From assembly GCA_903835075.1 (NCBI GenBank), contig CAILLM010000002.1, positions 16,920 to 80,919 of the forward strand: 64,000 bases of DNA, written 5' to 3'. Numbering within the stretch: the first letter of the stretch is position 1; each line of letters opens with the position of its first letter. This document shows, piece after piece, positions 10,127 to 19,689 of this stretch. Origin of the DNA: Candidatus Staskawiczbacteria bacterium (GTDB lineage: Bacteria > Patescibacteriota > Minisyncoccia > Minisyncoccales > Staskawiczbacteraceae). The translations under genes were made by a program, and so were the position numbers. The notes under the pieces are model-generated. The model did no database searches. It worked only from the letters and a program-made list of their open reading frames with translations, and had not been told where the DNA came from.

Positions 10127-10920
10127 TTTATTAGAAAATACCCAATTATTATTATGCCCAATATAATTCTGTAGTATCCAAACACTTTAAAGTTGTGTTT
10201 TTGAACATAATTCATGAAAAATTTTATTACCACTAGGGCTGTAAAAAAAGAAACAATAAGCCCTATTATTAATACGGAAAGCTGGCTTGGATTGAGTAAG
10301 GCGTGATATTTTAACAAGCTGTATCCGGTAGCAGCTATCATTGTTGGAATTGCCAGAAAAAATGAAAATTCTGTTGCTACTAATCGCGAAGTGCCAAGAA
10401 GCAGTGCGCCAATTATTGTAGCTCCAGATCTTGATGTGCCAGGAATCATGGACAGGCATTGAATTAATCCAATAAAAAATGCTGTTTTATAGCTAAGATC
10501 TTTTATAGAAGTAATTTTTGCATTGTGATTTAATTTTTCAACAATTAAAATAATTATTCCGCCAATTAGTAAGGCAATGGCAACCGTCCAGGGATTAAAT
10601 AATTTTTCTTCAATTTTGCTAGCAAACAATGCTCCAACTATTATGGCAGGTAAAACGCCAACCAATGTTTTGAGCCAAAGACTTTTGTCTTGCCAAAGTC
10701 GTTTCTCTCCCTTCGGGAGATGTCCCGTAGGGACACAGAAAAAGAAAACCACTGCCAAAATGGCGCCAAGTTGTATAACTACATCAAAAAGTAAAGTAAA
10801 ATTTTTATCAAAAGTGATAAATTGATTTACCAAAATTAAGTGCCCCGTAGAAGAAATAGGCAAAAATTCAGTGAAACCTTCCACCACACCCAAAATTATT
10901 GCAGTAATATAGCTAAGCAT
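10123..10920 (-). CDS. uppP: Undecaprenyl-diphosphatase
   Basis: BacA/UppP motifs (EFLPISSTGHL, PGTSRSGATI). Contains an in-frame GC-rich element at 10706-10733. Confidence 0.9.
   Translation of the reverse strand: MLSYITAIILGVVEGFTEFLPISSTGHLILVNQFITFDKNFTLLFDVVIQLGAILAVVFFFCVPTGHLPKGEKRLWQDKSLWLKTLVGVLPAIIVGALFASKIEEKLFNPWTVAIALLIGGIIILIVEKLNHNAKITSIKDLSYKTAFFIGLIQCLSMIPGTSRSGATIIGALLLGTSRLVATEFSFFLAIPTMIAATGYSLLKYHALLNPSQLSVLIIGLIVSFFTALVVIKFFMNYVQKHNFKVFGYYRIILGIIIIGYFLIK
10706..10733. repeat. GC-rich double mini-hairpin element, in-frame in uppP
   Basis: tctcccttcgggagatgtcccgtaggga. 26 of 27 nt are identical to 25984-26010. Encodes PTGHLPKGE within an otherwise AT-rich gene. Confidence 0.85.
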
Positions 10921-10964
10921 ATAGTTATTCTATCAAAAAATTGCCCAAGGGGCAATTTTTGTAA

Positions 10965-11231
10965 TTATGCGTCGTAGTGAGTTTCGGGGTAGTTTTTAAA
11001 TATTTCTTTTTTCTTTGAAATGTAACCTTTTTTGTCTGGTTCTTTCTGCATAGAGGTAAGCCAAGAAATAAAAGGAATTCTGTGTTTGTCTAAGCACCAC
11101 TCAGTATCTTTCATAAGTGGTTTTTTTTCATCTTTAAACTTATCAAGCAAAGTTAAGGTAGCTTGTAAGTTTGAAGGAGACAACTTATTATGCTCTTCTA
11201 AAAATTGTTCTTTATTAATTAGTGTTGTCAT
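10965..11231 (-). CDS. Hypothetical protein
   Basis: 88-aa ORF with no recognisable motif. Confidence 0.45.
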   Translation of the reverse strand: MTTLINKEQFLEEHNKLSPSNLQATLTLLDKFKDEKKPLMKDTEWCLDKHRIPFISWLTSMQKEPDKKGYISKKKEIFKNYPETHYDA

Positions 11232-11387
11232 AATAATACCTTATTTAAAGGTACCTAACCTTAACATACTTTCCGTAAAAAAACAAGCCCCGTTAGAAAT
11301 CGTGATTTCTAACGGGGCAAGCCCACTTTTATAAAATAAAAAAGCCGACGATTTGATTCGTCGGCGAGAAGCTTTGACTTGCTTGTT

Positions 11388-11960
11388 TCAGCCTTGGGCA
11401 TGCATTACTGCTTCGCCCCATGATATTGGTGGGTCAAAATTAATGCCATCAACATCGAGGCTAATCGCTATGCACTTGGTTTTGATTGCCCGCAGGAATG
11501 CGTGACCTTGGCATAACAGTCTTGTGTGTACATCTCCGTGGGCGACCGCAATATCTTTTCGGAAAAGTGAAGCCATGTCGTCGACGAAGTGTTGAATCCA
11601 TATTTCATCGAGTTGCAATTCGCAAAGTGTTGACCCGCTAGTCACGCCTATGCCATTGAACCACTCATTGAAGAAAGCCCATGCATAGGTGAATCTTGCT
11701 GATACCGTGCGCATTTCATCAAGAAATGCACCAATTTGCATTAAGTACACTTTTGTCGGCTTATATTCCGGTTCGGGCGCTGGCACCGGCTGTTGTTGAG
11801 CTGGCTTGCTCCGGGAAGGAATGAAAAGAATGACAGCGAGTCCGCCGGCGAGTGATGCAACTATAATGATGTATGTCCAAATTGGATGTTCAATCGTCAA
11901 GTAACGGGCTGCGAAGTAGGTGATGATAACCTGGGAAACGATGGTGATAGTGTTTTTCAT
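11388..11960 (-). CDS. Hypothetical membrane-anchored protein (GC-rich orphan islet)
   Basis: 190 aa with two N-terminal TM helices and a Pro-rich linker. Own TTGACA promoter at 12038-12043 and hairpins downstream. Confidence 0.6.
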   Translation of the reverse strand: MKNTITIVSQVIITYFAARYLTIEHPIWTYIIIVASLAGGLAVILFIPSRSKPAQQQPVPAPEPEYKPTKVYLMQIGAFLDEMRTVSARFTYAWAFFNEWFNGIGVTSGSTLCELQLDEIWIQHFVDDMASLFRKDIAVAHGDVHTRLLCQGHAFLRAIKTKCIAISLDVDGINFDPPISWGEAVMHAQG

Positions 11961-12106
11961 TGGTTTGATTTCTGGGGTTGGTTTGTCAAAGAAGCATTCC
12001 TCTCTGGATGCTTATATCTTATGACTTTTCTAAAATTTGTCAACTAAAAAACCGCCAAAAGGCGGTTTGGGAAAGCGAGGCCCGCCCTGGGCGCGCCGAG
12101 CGACTT

Positions 12107-13936
12107 TTAGTAGTCGAATTTTACGCCGGACTCGGCGCGATCTGCGCGTTTGGCGTCAACTTCGCGCAAGTGCATTTTTCGGATACGAATATTCTTTGGA
12201 GTAACTTCAACTAATTCATCATCTCCAATATACTCAAGCGAATCTTCCAAATTCATTATTTTTGGCACGTTAAAATGCTCTCTGTTTTTTTCTCCTTTAG
12301 ATCTCATGTTGGAAAGTTGTTTTTCTTTACAAACATTTACACGTATATCGTTTGGTCTTGAGTTTTGTCCAACAACTTGACCTTCATAAACCGTAACCGC
12401 TGGCCCAATAAATAAAATTCCGCGGTCTTGAACATTTTTTAAGCCGTAAAGTCTGGTGTCGCCGGTTTCTGTGGCAACCAAGCTACCGTTGTCACGTTCT
12501 TTCCAGTTGCCAACATCAAGCATATATTCAAAAAATATTGTGTTAATTATTCCCAAGCCTTTTGTGTCAGTTAAAAATTCATTCCTATATCCAAACAATC
12601 CGCGGGTTGGAATAATAAATTCTAGAAATGCCACGCCATTATGATTTCGCATTTCTTTTAATTCTCCCTTTCTGACTCCCATTTTTTGCATTACTACACC
12701 CTGATAAGTTTCGGGAACTTCAATAAATATTTTTTCGTAAGGAGTCATTAATTTGCCGTTTATTTCGCGAGTAATAACTTGAGGCCTTGAAACTTGAAAT
12801 TCAAAACCTTCGCGCCTCATTCTTTCAATTAAAATAGCCAAATGTAATTCTCCTCTACCAGAAACAATCCATTGATTTTTATCATTTTCTTCAACTTTTA
12901 AAGAAACATCAGTTTCTAATTCTTTAAATAATCTTTGTCTTATTTGTCTTGTTGTTGAAAATTCTCCTTCTTTTCCGGCAAAAGGTGAGTCATTAACCAT
13001 AAATGTCATTTTTACAGTTGGCTCGTCAATGTTAATTACAGGCAAAGCTTCTGGAGTTTCTGGGTCGGCAATTGTTTCTCCAATTGTAACATCCTCAATT
13101 CCTGCAATGGCAACAATGTCTCCTGCTTTTGACTCTTCGGCCTCAAGCCTGCCCAACCCTGCAAAGGTCATTAAAGAAGTTATTTTTGACTTAACGGCAA
13201 CTCCTTCTCTGCTTATGTGAACAACTTCTTGTCCATTTTTTATAATTCCATTGTGGATTCTTCCAATTGCAATCCTTCCTTTAAAATCATCTGGCGCAAT
13301 TGAAGTAACCAACATTTGCAAAGGTTTTGTTATGTCGGCAATAGGTGAGGGGATATGTTCTACAATTGCTTCAAAAACAGGAGTAATGTCTGTCATTTTT
13401 GACAAATCAGCTTCAAGCCCAGCTTTTCCTTCACGGCCAGAAGCATACAAAACAGGAAAATCTAAACTGTGGTCACCAGCTCCCAATTCTAAAAATAATT
13501 CAAAAGTAGCTTCAAGTGCAAAATCTGGACGAGCGCCTGGTTTATCAATTTTGTTTACAACTACAATAATTTTATGACCCATTTCTAAAGCCTTTTTCAA
13601 AACAAATCTTGTTTGAGGCATTGGGCCTTCTTTGGCGTCTATTAAAAGTAAACAACCATCTGCCATGTTTAAAACTCTTTCAACTTCACCGCCAAAATCA
13701 GCGTGACCAGGAGTGTCAATAATGTTTATTTTTACATCGCCATACATTACAGATGCATTTTTTGAAAAAATTGTAATTCCGCGCTCTCTTTCTAATTCGT
13801 TGCTGTCCATAATCATTTCTTGGGCAGCAACTTCTTTTTTCATTTCTGTTTTGCTTTGCCTTAAAAGCGCGTCCACCAAAGTAGTTTTTCCATGGTCAAC
13901 GTGAGCGATAATAGCTATATTCCTGATATTGTTCAT
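12107..13936 (-). CDS. typA: Translational GTPase TypA/BipA
   Basis: IAIIAHVDHGKTTLVD, DTPGHADFGGEV, NKIDK. 609 aa. Confidence 0.95.
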   Translation of the reverse strand: MNNIRNIAIIAHVDHGKTTLVDALLRQSKTEMKKEVAAQEMIMDSNELERERGITIFSKNASVMYGDVKINIIDTPGHADFGGEVERVLNMADGCLLLIDAKEGPMPQTRFVLKKALEMGHKIIVVVNKIDKPGARPDFALEATFELFLELGAGDHSLDFPVLYASGREGKAGLEADLSKMTDITPVFEAIVEHIPSPIADITKPLQMLVTSIAPDDFKGRIAIGRIHNGIIKNGQEVVHISREGVAVKSKITSLMTFAGLGRLEAEESKAGDIVAIAGIEDVTIGETIADPETPEALPVINIDEPTVKMTFMVNDSPFAGKEGEFSTTRQIRQRLFKELETDVSLKVEENDKNQWIVSGRGELHLAILIERMRREGFEFQVSRPQVITREINGKLMTPYEKIFIEVPETYQGVVMQKMGVRKGELKEMRNHNGVAFLEFIIPTRGLFGYRNEFLTDTKGLGIINTIFFEYMLDVGNWKERDNGSLVATETGDTRLYGLKNVQDRGILFIGPAVTVYEGQVVGQNSRPNDIRVNVCKEKQLSNMRSKGEKNREHFNVPKIMNLEDSLEYIGDDELVEVTPKNIRIRKMHLREVDAKRADRAESGVKFDY

Positions 13937-14062
13937 CGTAATATTTATTTTAATTTTTTGTAGGTAATAGAAATAATTATACGCTAAAATTTGCGTAATG
14001 TCAAAGTAATTATGTAAAAAAAAGAAGCCCGACGACGTATCGTAAGGCCCGATGAATGGATG

Positions 14063-14305
14063 TTATATGATTGTTTCAAACTCCACATTTACAAATTTTG
14101 CAACGCAATTTCCGTTGGCGTCGTAAATGAAGTAGCTGTAACGTGCATTGTCTGGTTTTTGCCATTCTCTTCTGGCTGCTCTTTTTGCACTTCTGAGATG
14201 GCTATAATCACCAAGTAAATATGAGGCACTTGTTATATTGCTCGAGCAAATTAATCTTATTTTTCCCCTGGGGGATTTGAATACCCTGAATTTCCTTCTT
14301 TTCAT
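14063..14305 (-). CDS. Hypothetical small basic protein (GC-rich islet)
   Basis: 80 aa. Start overlaps the upstream stop by 4 nt (ATGA). Confidence 0.45.
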   Translation of the reverse strand: MKRRKFRVFKSPRGKIRLICSSNITSASYLLGDYSHLRSAKRAARREWQKPDNARYSYFIYDANGNCVAKFVNVEFETII

Positions 14306-14529
14306 CTTGGTTGGGTTGGTTGGTGCTGAACTAGCGCCGTGAGCAAGAAGGCAACCGCAAGTGGCTGACTTTGAATTTGCTCAATTAAGGGCCGTCCAAT
14401 AATGTCCAGTTTGATGTTTCTCAAATCAATCATTAACTCGGTGTTGCCCTGCTTAATGACTATTAGTTCGCGTGGGAAATTAATCCGTATTGTTGTTGGG
14501 TCCATTATGGTTGGTGGTATATTTTTCAA
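14302..14529 (-). CDS. Hypothetical small protein (GC-rich islet)
   Basis: 75 aa, preceded by the TTGACA-containing 14-mer at 14594-14607. Confidence 0.45.
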   Translation of the reverse strand: MKNIPPTIMDPTTIRINFPRELIVIKQGNTELMIDLRNIKLDIIGRPLIEQIQSQPLAVAFLLTALVQHQPTQPR

Positions 14530-14691
14530 TAGCGGGGGATAGGATTCTCCGCTGAGCTATAGGTGGATTGTTTTTATCACGACAAGCTAATGATGTCAAC
14601 TAAAAAATTGCATTTTAAAAGGCTAAGAAGGGGATTTCCCTTATTAGCCTTTGTGATGTTCCCCCACGTGTGGGGGGTTATTGAGGCTTCA

Positions 14692-14943
14692 TCAAAGCCT
14701 TTTTTTCGTGGGTAGTTGTCCGCGGCGCCATGTATTTTGATATCGGAGCGGTTGGTGGCTTTCCCACAGATGGTGCAAAATGGAGATGGCGGAGAATGCC
14801 ACTCCGCCGGCGAGGTAAAACCATTCGGGTGATTCCAGCTTGAATCCCGAGTGATAGATTATTGAATTTGCGTAGCCGCCGTAAGTGGCAACACAAATTA
14901 GAAACACCCCGGCTAACAGAATTAGTACATTCGCGATTTTCAT
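14692..14943 (-). CDS. Small membrane protein (GC-rich islet)
   Basis: 83 aa with two hydrophobic helices. A perfect sigma-70 promoter lies about 55 nt upstream and a long hairpin downstream. Confidence 0.5.
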   Translation of the reverse strand: MKIANVLILLAGVFLICVATYGGYANSIIYHSGFKLESPEWFYLAGGVAFSAISILHHLWESHQPLRYQNTWRRGQLPTKKRL

Positions 14944-14999
14944 GGTATGTAGTTGGTTCAGTTGACAAGTCGTGGATTGGTATTCTCCACACTATATTA

Positions 15000-15028
15000 A
15001 TTATATCATTTTTGAGGTGGCTTGTCAA
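15000..15028 (-). promoter_or_regulatory. Consensus sigma-70 promoter
   Basis: On the - strand: TTGACA, 17 nt spacer, TATAAT. Confidence 0.7.
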
Positions 15029-15082
15029 GTTGTTGAAATAACAAAAAACCACCCCTTGCGGGATGGTTTTTCTAAATACTAA

Positions 15083-15406
15083 TTAGTATCTGTTGCCTCC
15101 ACCAAATCCACCTCTGTTTCCTCCACCGAATCCTCCTCCGGTTCTTGGAGCTCTTGGTTCCATTGGCTTTGCTTCGTTAACGGTTAGATTTCTTCCATCT
15201 AATTCTTTTCCGTTAAACATTTCGATAGCTTTTTGAGCTTCTTCTTCTGTAGACATTTCTACGAATCCGAAACCTTTTGAACGATTTGTCATCTTATCGA
15301 TGATAATTGTAGCTGTTTCAACTGTTCCAGCTTGTTCAAATGTTGATCTTAAAGTAGCTTCTGATGTGTTGTAGGATAATCCTCCAACGTATAGTTTTTT
15401 TGCCAT
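15083..15406 (-). CDS. RRM-type RNA-binding protein with Gly-rich tail
   Basis: RNP-2 LYVGGL, RNP-1 KGFGFVEM, C-terminal GGGFGGGNRGGFGGGNRY. Confidence 0.9.
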   Translation of the reverse strand: MAKKLYVGGLSYNTSEATLRSTFEQAGTVETATIIIDKMTNRSKGFGFVEMSTEEEAQKAIEMFNGKELDGRNLTVNEAKPMEPRAPRTGGGFGGGNRGGFGGGNRY

Positions 15407-15572
15407 TTTATTGTTTGCTTGGTTAATAATAAGTAAGCCGACCGCAGGTTCGAGTGAACCTACCCTCTTATCTTTCTTCAGGCTTAATTACTAATCCCTA
15501 CGAAAACAATAAGAAACTTACAAACAAATTATAGCACAGATATGTTTTAAATACAACAATCAACAGTATTAA

Positions 15573-16058
15573 TTACAACCCACAAGATTCTATTATTGGA
15601 GAAAGCTGATGTAAAATTAAATATCCTAAAAGTTTACTGCCTGCAATTACCAGTAAGGCAATTATTAAATGTCTAATTACCATAGTTAAACGGCCTTTTC
15701 TGGTTTTTGTAATTAGAAAACTTAAAAGTGCAAGCAAAATTAATCCCCAAATAGATGAAACAATTAATGCAGTAAATGGTGGAAGGAATAAAACAATTAA
15801 AATAAAAGTTGCAACCAAAAATAATCTTGCTAAGAAATTTGCAAATGCAAATGAATTTACTTCATGGCTTGAAGCGCCTTCCGATTCTTTATAAATGTGA
15901 ATGCTAAAAGAGTCGGAAATGTTGTCAGCAACCGCAATAATCAAAAGTCCAGTAATAATACTTATTTTAGCACTTGCTCCTTGGGTTAGCCCTGCAATTA
16001 ATCCCATACTGGTGATAATTGCAGCAGTAGCGCCCATGCTGAATTTATTTATATTCAT
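15573..16058 (-). CDS. VIT1/CCC1-like membrane protein (putative Fe/Mn transporter)
   Basis: 161 aa, polytopic. The GATAAIITSMGLIAGL segment resembles the VIT family. Adjacent to an Nramp gene. Confidence 0.4.
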   Translation of the reverse strand: MNINKFSMGATAAIITSMGLIAGLTQGASAKISIITGLLIIAVADNISDSFSIHIYKESEGASSHEVNSFAFANFLARLFLVATFILIVLFLPPFTALIVSSIWGLILLALLSFLITKTRKGRLTMVIRHLIIALLVIAGSKLLGYLILHQLSPIIESCGL

Positions 16059-16066
16059 AAATTTTA

Positions 16067-16534
16067 TTACTTTTTCAAGTTATTACGCCAATTTTTTGGC
16101 CAATATTTTTTTACAAAATCTTCAACGTCATTAAATTTAGCAAAATTTAATGCTTTTTGACTGGGTTGATTAATAAATCCTGGTTTGGTTTCATGCATAA
16201 TTCCGCACCAGTACTTTTCTGTAAGTCCTGCAATTTCTTTTAAATAAACTAATAATCCATTAGCATATCCGCAATACATGCAACCTATTTTCTGAAACGC
16301 GTCTAAATATTGTAATTTGTTTCTATCCATTATTAAAATATATTTTGAGCGTTCTACTTTTTCTATGCCGTGAATTGGAAAGCAAATAAATTGATACAAT
16401 GAAGCTACGGCATCTAAAAGTATAAAAAAAGGTAACGGAAGCCAAATAAATGGCCCAGTGAAAAATCTTCCCAAATCATTTTTATTGCCGTCTTTTAAAT
16501 AGTCCATAGTCTTTAAATTATATTTAATTAGCAA
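16067..16534 (-). CDS. Hypothetical protein
   Basis: 155-aa ORF with an N-terminal hydrophobic segment and a CMYCGY motif. Tightly packed between the Nramp and VIT-like genes. Confidence 0.5.
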   Translation of the reverse strand: MLIKYNLKTMDYLKDGNKNDLGRFFTGPFIWLPLPFFILLDAVASLYQFICFPIHGIEKVERSKYILIMDRNKLQYLDAFQKIGCMYCGYANGLLVYLKEIAGLTEKYWCGIMHETKPGFINQPSQKALNFAKFNDVEDFVKKYWPKNWRNNLKK

Positions 16535-16545
16535 ATCACTTCAAG

Positions 16546-17925
16546 TTACGGCATAAACATTGTTGCCACCACAGCAATTCCAACTACAGCCATAACAACA
16601 GTGGTAAGCCATCCACAAGCTGTAATAAATGCATGGTTTTTCTTTTCACCCATAACTTTTTCATTGGAACTTATGCGCACAATAAAGAAAAGTATTATTG
16701 GGGCCACCAAACCATTCCCAACAGCAGAATAAATAAGTCCCTTAATTGGGTCTAAATGAAAGTAATTAGCAACTGTGGCAACTATCATTGAAATAATAAT
16801 TATTCCATAAAAAGCTTCGGCATCTTTTAATTTGTGGTAAAGACCTTGTTTCCATCCAAAAGTTTCAGCTGTAGCGTATGCAACTGAGCCCGCCATTGTG
16901 GGGATTGCTAAAAGTCCTGTTCCAATGATTCCCAAAGCAAAGAAGAAGTAAGTAAGTTCGCCGCCAAATGGTCTAATTGCTTGAGCTGCTTGGCTAGCAG
17001 TAGCAATATTGGTGATGCCATTGGCATAAAGTGTTCCTGCACAAGCTGCAATTATGAAAAACATAATGGCATTGGAAAAAAACATTCCCGACCAAGTGTC
17101 TTTTCGCATGTCTCTTATTTCGCGCGGAGTTACATTTTCCTCACGAGATTTTATAGTAAGCTCACCTTTTAAAATTTGTTCTTCTACTTCTTGTGAAGTT
17201 TGCCAGAAAAAAAGATATGGCGAAATTGTTGTTCCCAAAATTCCACAAAGCAAGAAAATTTGATCTTTGTTAAAACTAATTGAAGGAGTAAACAAATGGC
17301 TAAAGACCACACCCCAATTTAAGTGGACTGCAAAAGCAGTAAAAACATATGAAAAAAGTCCAAGTGTTAAGTATTTTAATATTTTTGAATATTGAGCGTA
17401 AGTGGTAAAAATTTGTAGAAATAATATAAATATAGCAAAAATAGAGAGGCACCACATAAAACTAAAACTTGGAAGAAGAAGTTTTGTGGCAGCTGCCATG
17501 GCTCCCAAGTCTGCTGCAATGTTTAAGGTATTGGCAAAAAACAAAATTAACACCACAAAAAATAATATTTTTCTGGAATAATTGTGGCGAATATTCCCTG
17601 CAAGCCCTCGGCCAGTTACAATTCCAATTCTGGCACACATTTCTTGCACCATTGCCATAAATGGAAAGGTAAACAACGAAAGCCAAATAAGTTGAAAACC
17701 ATATTGTGCACCTGCCTGAGAATATGTGGCAATTCCAGAAGGGTCGTCATCTGCAGCTCCTGTAACTAAGCCTGGCCCCAAAACATCTATGTATTCTTCA
17801 GCCTTTCTAAAAGGCCTGGCTTTAATTAAGGCTTTTTCATCTTTTATAATAATGTCAATTGTTTTATCTAAAACTTTTGACGGCAGTTCGGCAACTATTT
17901 TTGCAAATTTTTCAAAATCAAACAT
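16546..17925 (-). CDS. mntH: Nramp-family divalent metal transporter
   Basis: DDDPSGIATYSQAGAQYG signature. About 11 TM segments, 459 aa. Confidence 0.85.
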   Translation of the reverse strand: MFDFEKFAKIVAELPSKVLDKTIDIIIKDEKALIKARPFRKAEEYIDVLGPGLVTGAADDDPSGIATYSQAGAQYGFQLIWLSLFTFPFMAMVQEMCARIGIVTGRGLAGNIRHNYSRKILFFVVLILFFANTLNIAADLGAMAAATKLLLPSFSFMWCLSIFAIFILFLQIFTTYAQYSKILKYLTLGLFSYVFTAFAVHLNWGVVFSHLFTPSISFNKDQIFLLCGILGTTISPYLFFWQTSQEVEEQILKGELTIKSREENVTPREIRDMRKDTWSGMFFSNAIMFFIIAACAGTLYANGITNIATASQAAQAIRPFGGELTYFFFALGIIGTGLLAIPTMAGSVAYATAETFGWKQGLYHKLKDAEAFYGIIIISMIVATVANYFHLDPIKGLIYSAVGNGLVAPIILFFIVRISSNEKVMGEKKNHAFITACGWLTTVVMAVVGIAVVATMFMP

Positions 17926-18002
17926 AATAATTTTTTAAAATATATTTTTTTATTTTAGCACAAAATAAAAAGCTGGGAAAGCCAGCATTTTATTAATTAT
18001 TT

Positions 18003-19274
18003 TTATCTAAATCGTCTGCGTTGTCCGCCCCTTTGCGGTGGTCTGTTGCTGTGGCGTGGACCGCGGCTGTTTCTTTGTGGGGCTCTTTCTAATGTCATTT
18101 GAGTACTTGCTGGCAAACCTTCGGGTAATTTTGAAATTGGTAAATTAATGCGGGTTAACATTTCTATGTCACGAACCATTGAACCTTGTTCGGGCGTTGC
18201 AAATGAAATTGCTTTTCCAGACATTCCCGCTCTGCCGGTTCTGCCAATTCTATGCACGTAATCTTCGGCATTTTCAGGCAAATCGTAGTTTATTACTAAT
18301 TCAATATTTTTAACATCAATTCCGCGTGAAGCAATGTCTGTTGCCACTAAAACTCTAAATCTTCCATTTTTAAAACCTTCCAAGGCTTCTTTTCTTTGGT
18401 TTAAACTTCTATTTGAGTGAATTTCTGCGGAAGTTATTCCAATGTAACGCAAATTATCACAAATTTTTCTGGCACTGTGTTTTACGCGTAAAAAAATTAA
18501 AACACTTCCCTTATATTCTTCTAAAAGTTTTTTTAGTAATGCTAATTTTTGGTCTTTTTTAACAACAAATAATTCTTGTTCAATATTTTTAGCAGTTGTT
18601 CCTTGTCGTTCAATTTCCACTCTAACCGGCAACTTCATGTGATGTGTGGCAATTTTTACAATACCGTCGGGCATTGTTGCAGAAAACAACATTGTTTGCC
18701 TATTTTTTGGTACAGATTCTAATATTCTAGCAATTTGGGGAGCAAAACCCATATCAAACATTCTGTCAGCTTCATCTAAAACCAAAACAGAAACCTTGTC
18801 TAGCCGTAAAGTTCTTTGTTGAATGTGGTCATTAATTCTTCCGGGAGTTCCAATAACAACATGGGGGTTGTAAGATAATTCTCTTATTTGTGGTCTAACT
18901 GGTGTGCCACCAATTAAAACAGTTGTTTGTATGCCAAAACTTCGGCCAATTTTTTTAATTGTTTCGTCAACCTGTATTGCAAGTTCACGAGTTGGCAAAA
19001 TAATTAATGCCCTAGTTTTATTTTCAGATTTTAAAATTTGCTGTATTAGCGGAATTCCAAAAGCTAAGGTTTTTCCAGTTCCAGTTTGGGCAATTCCAAT
19101 AATATCTTTTCCTTCAACAGCAACAGGAATTGCTTTATGTTGAATGGATGTTGGAGTTATAAATCCTAATCTTGAAATTATATCAAGAATTTTTGGAGCA
19201 ATGCCAAGCCCGCCAAAATTTGTTTCTGGTGTTTTTGCTGGTGGGGTGAGTGTGTTTATTTCTTCGTTTATCAT
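18003..19274 (-). CDS. DEAD-box ATP-dependent RNA helicase
   Basis: AQTGTGKT, VLDEADRM, SAT, HRIGRTGRAG. Arg-rich C-terminus. Confidence 0.93.
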   Translation of the reverse strand: MINEEINTLTPPAKTPETNFGGLGIAPKILDIISRLGFITPTSIQHKAIPVAVEGKDIIGIAQTGTGKTLAFGIPLIQQILKSENKTRALIILPTRELAIQVDETIKKIGRSFGIQTTVLIGGTPVRPQIRELSYNPHVVIGTPGRINDHIQQRTLRLDKVSVLVLDEADRMFDMGFAPQIARILESVPKNRQTMLFSATMPDGIVKIATHHMKLPVRVEIERQGTTAKNIEQELFVVKKDQKLALLKKLLEEYKGSVLIFLRVKHSARKICDNLRYIGITSAEIHSNRSLNQRKEALEGFKNGRFRVLVATDIASRGIDVKNIELVINYDLPENAEDYVHRIGRTGRAGMSGKAISFATPEQGSMVRDIEMLTRINLPISKLPEGLPASTQMTLERAPQRNSRGPRHSNRPPQRGGQRRRFR

Positions 19275-19444
19275 GTTTTCTATTATATAATAAAATTATC
19301 AAAATGTCAAATTATGCCCTTCGACTTCCTTCGGCGCGGCTCAGGGCAGGTCGCTCAGGGTTGTTTTACTTTTTATTTATTATTTAGAAAGTAAAACAAA
19401 AAAAGACCGCTGGGTGTACCCTGCGGTTTGGGGTCGTTGTGGTT

Positions 19445-19666
19445 TTACCCAAATACTTCTAGCATTATGGCGGCGCGTCTGTCGGCAATGGGGCTTTCAG
19501 ATGTTAGTCCCCATTTTGCATAAATTAAAGCTAGTGCCTTGCGTGCTTGTTTCCCAAAACCGCTATATATGGGTAGGTTTTTCATTAGGCGTTGTGCCTC
19601 TGGTGAGTTATAGTCTAGAATCTCGGGTTTTTGCTTACCCACTGGATTAATTGCAAAGATGCACAT
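19445..19666 (-). CDS. Hypothetical small protein (GC-rich islet)
   Basis: 73-aa ORF with a terminator hairpin downstream (19410-19432). Confidence 0.4.
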   Translation of the reverse strand: MCIFAINPVGKQKPEILDYNSPEAQRLMKNLPIYSGFGKQARKALALIYAKWGLTSESPIADRRAAIMLEVFG

Positions 19667-19689
19667 AATTTTTGGTTAATGGTAGACAT

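Noticed and set aside
14678-15052. 124-aa ORF overlapping the 83-aa ORF at 14692-14943
   Set aside because: A perfect TTGACA, 17 nt spacer, TATAAT promoter (15000-15028) lies inside it. The alternative 83-aa frame gives a clean two-helix membrane protein starting downstream of that promoter.
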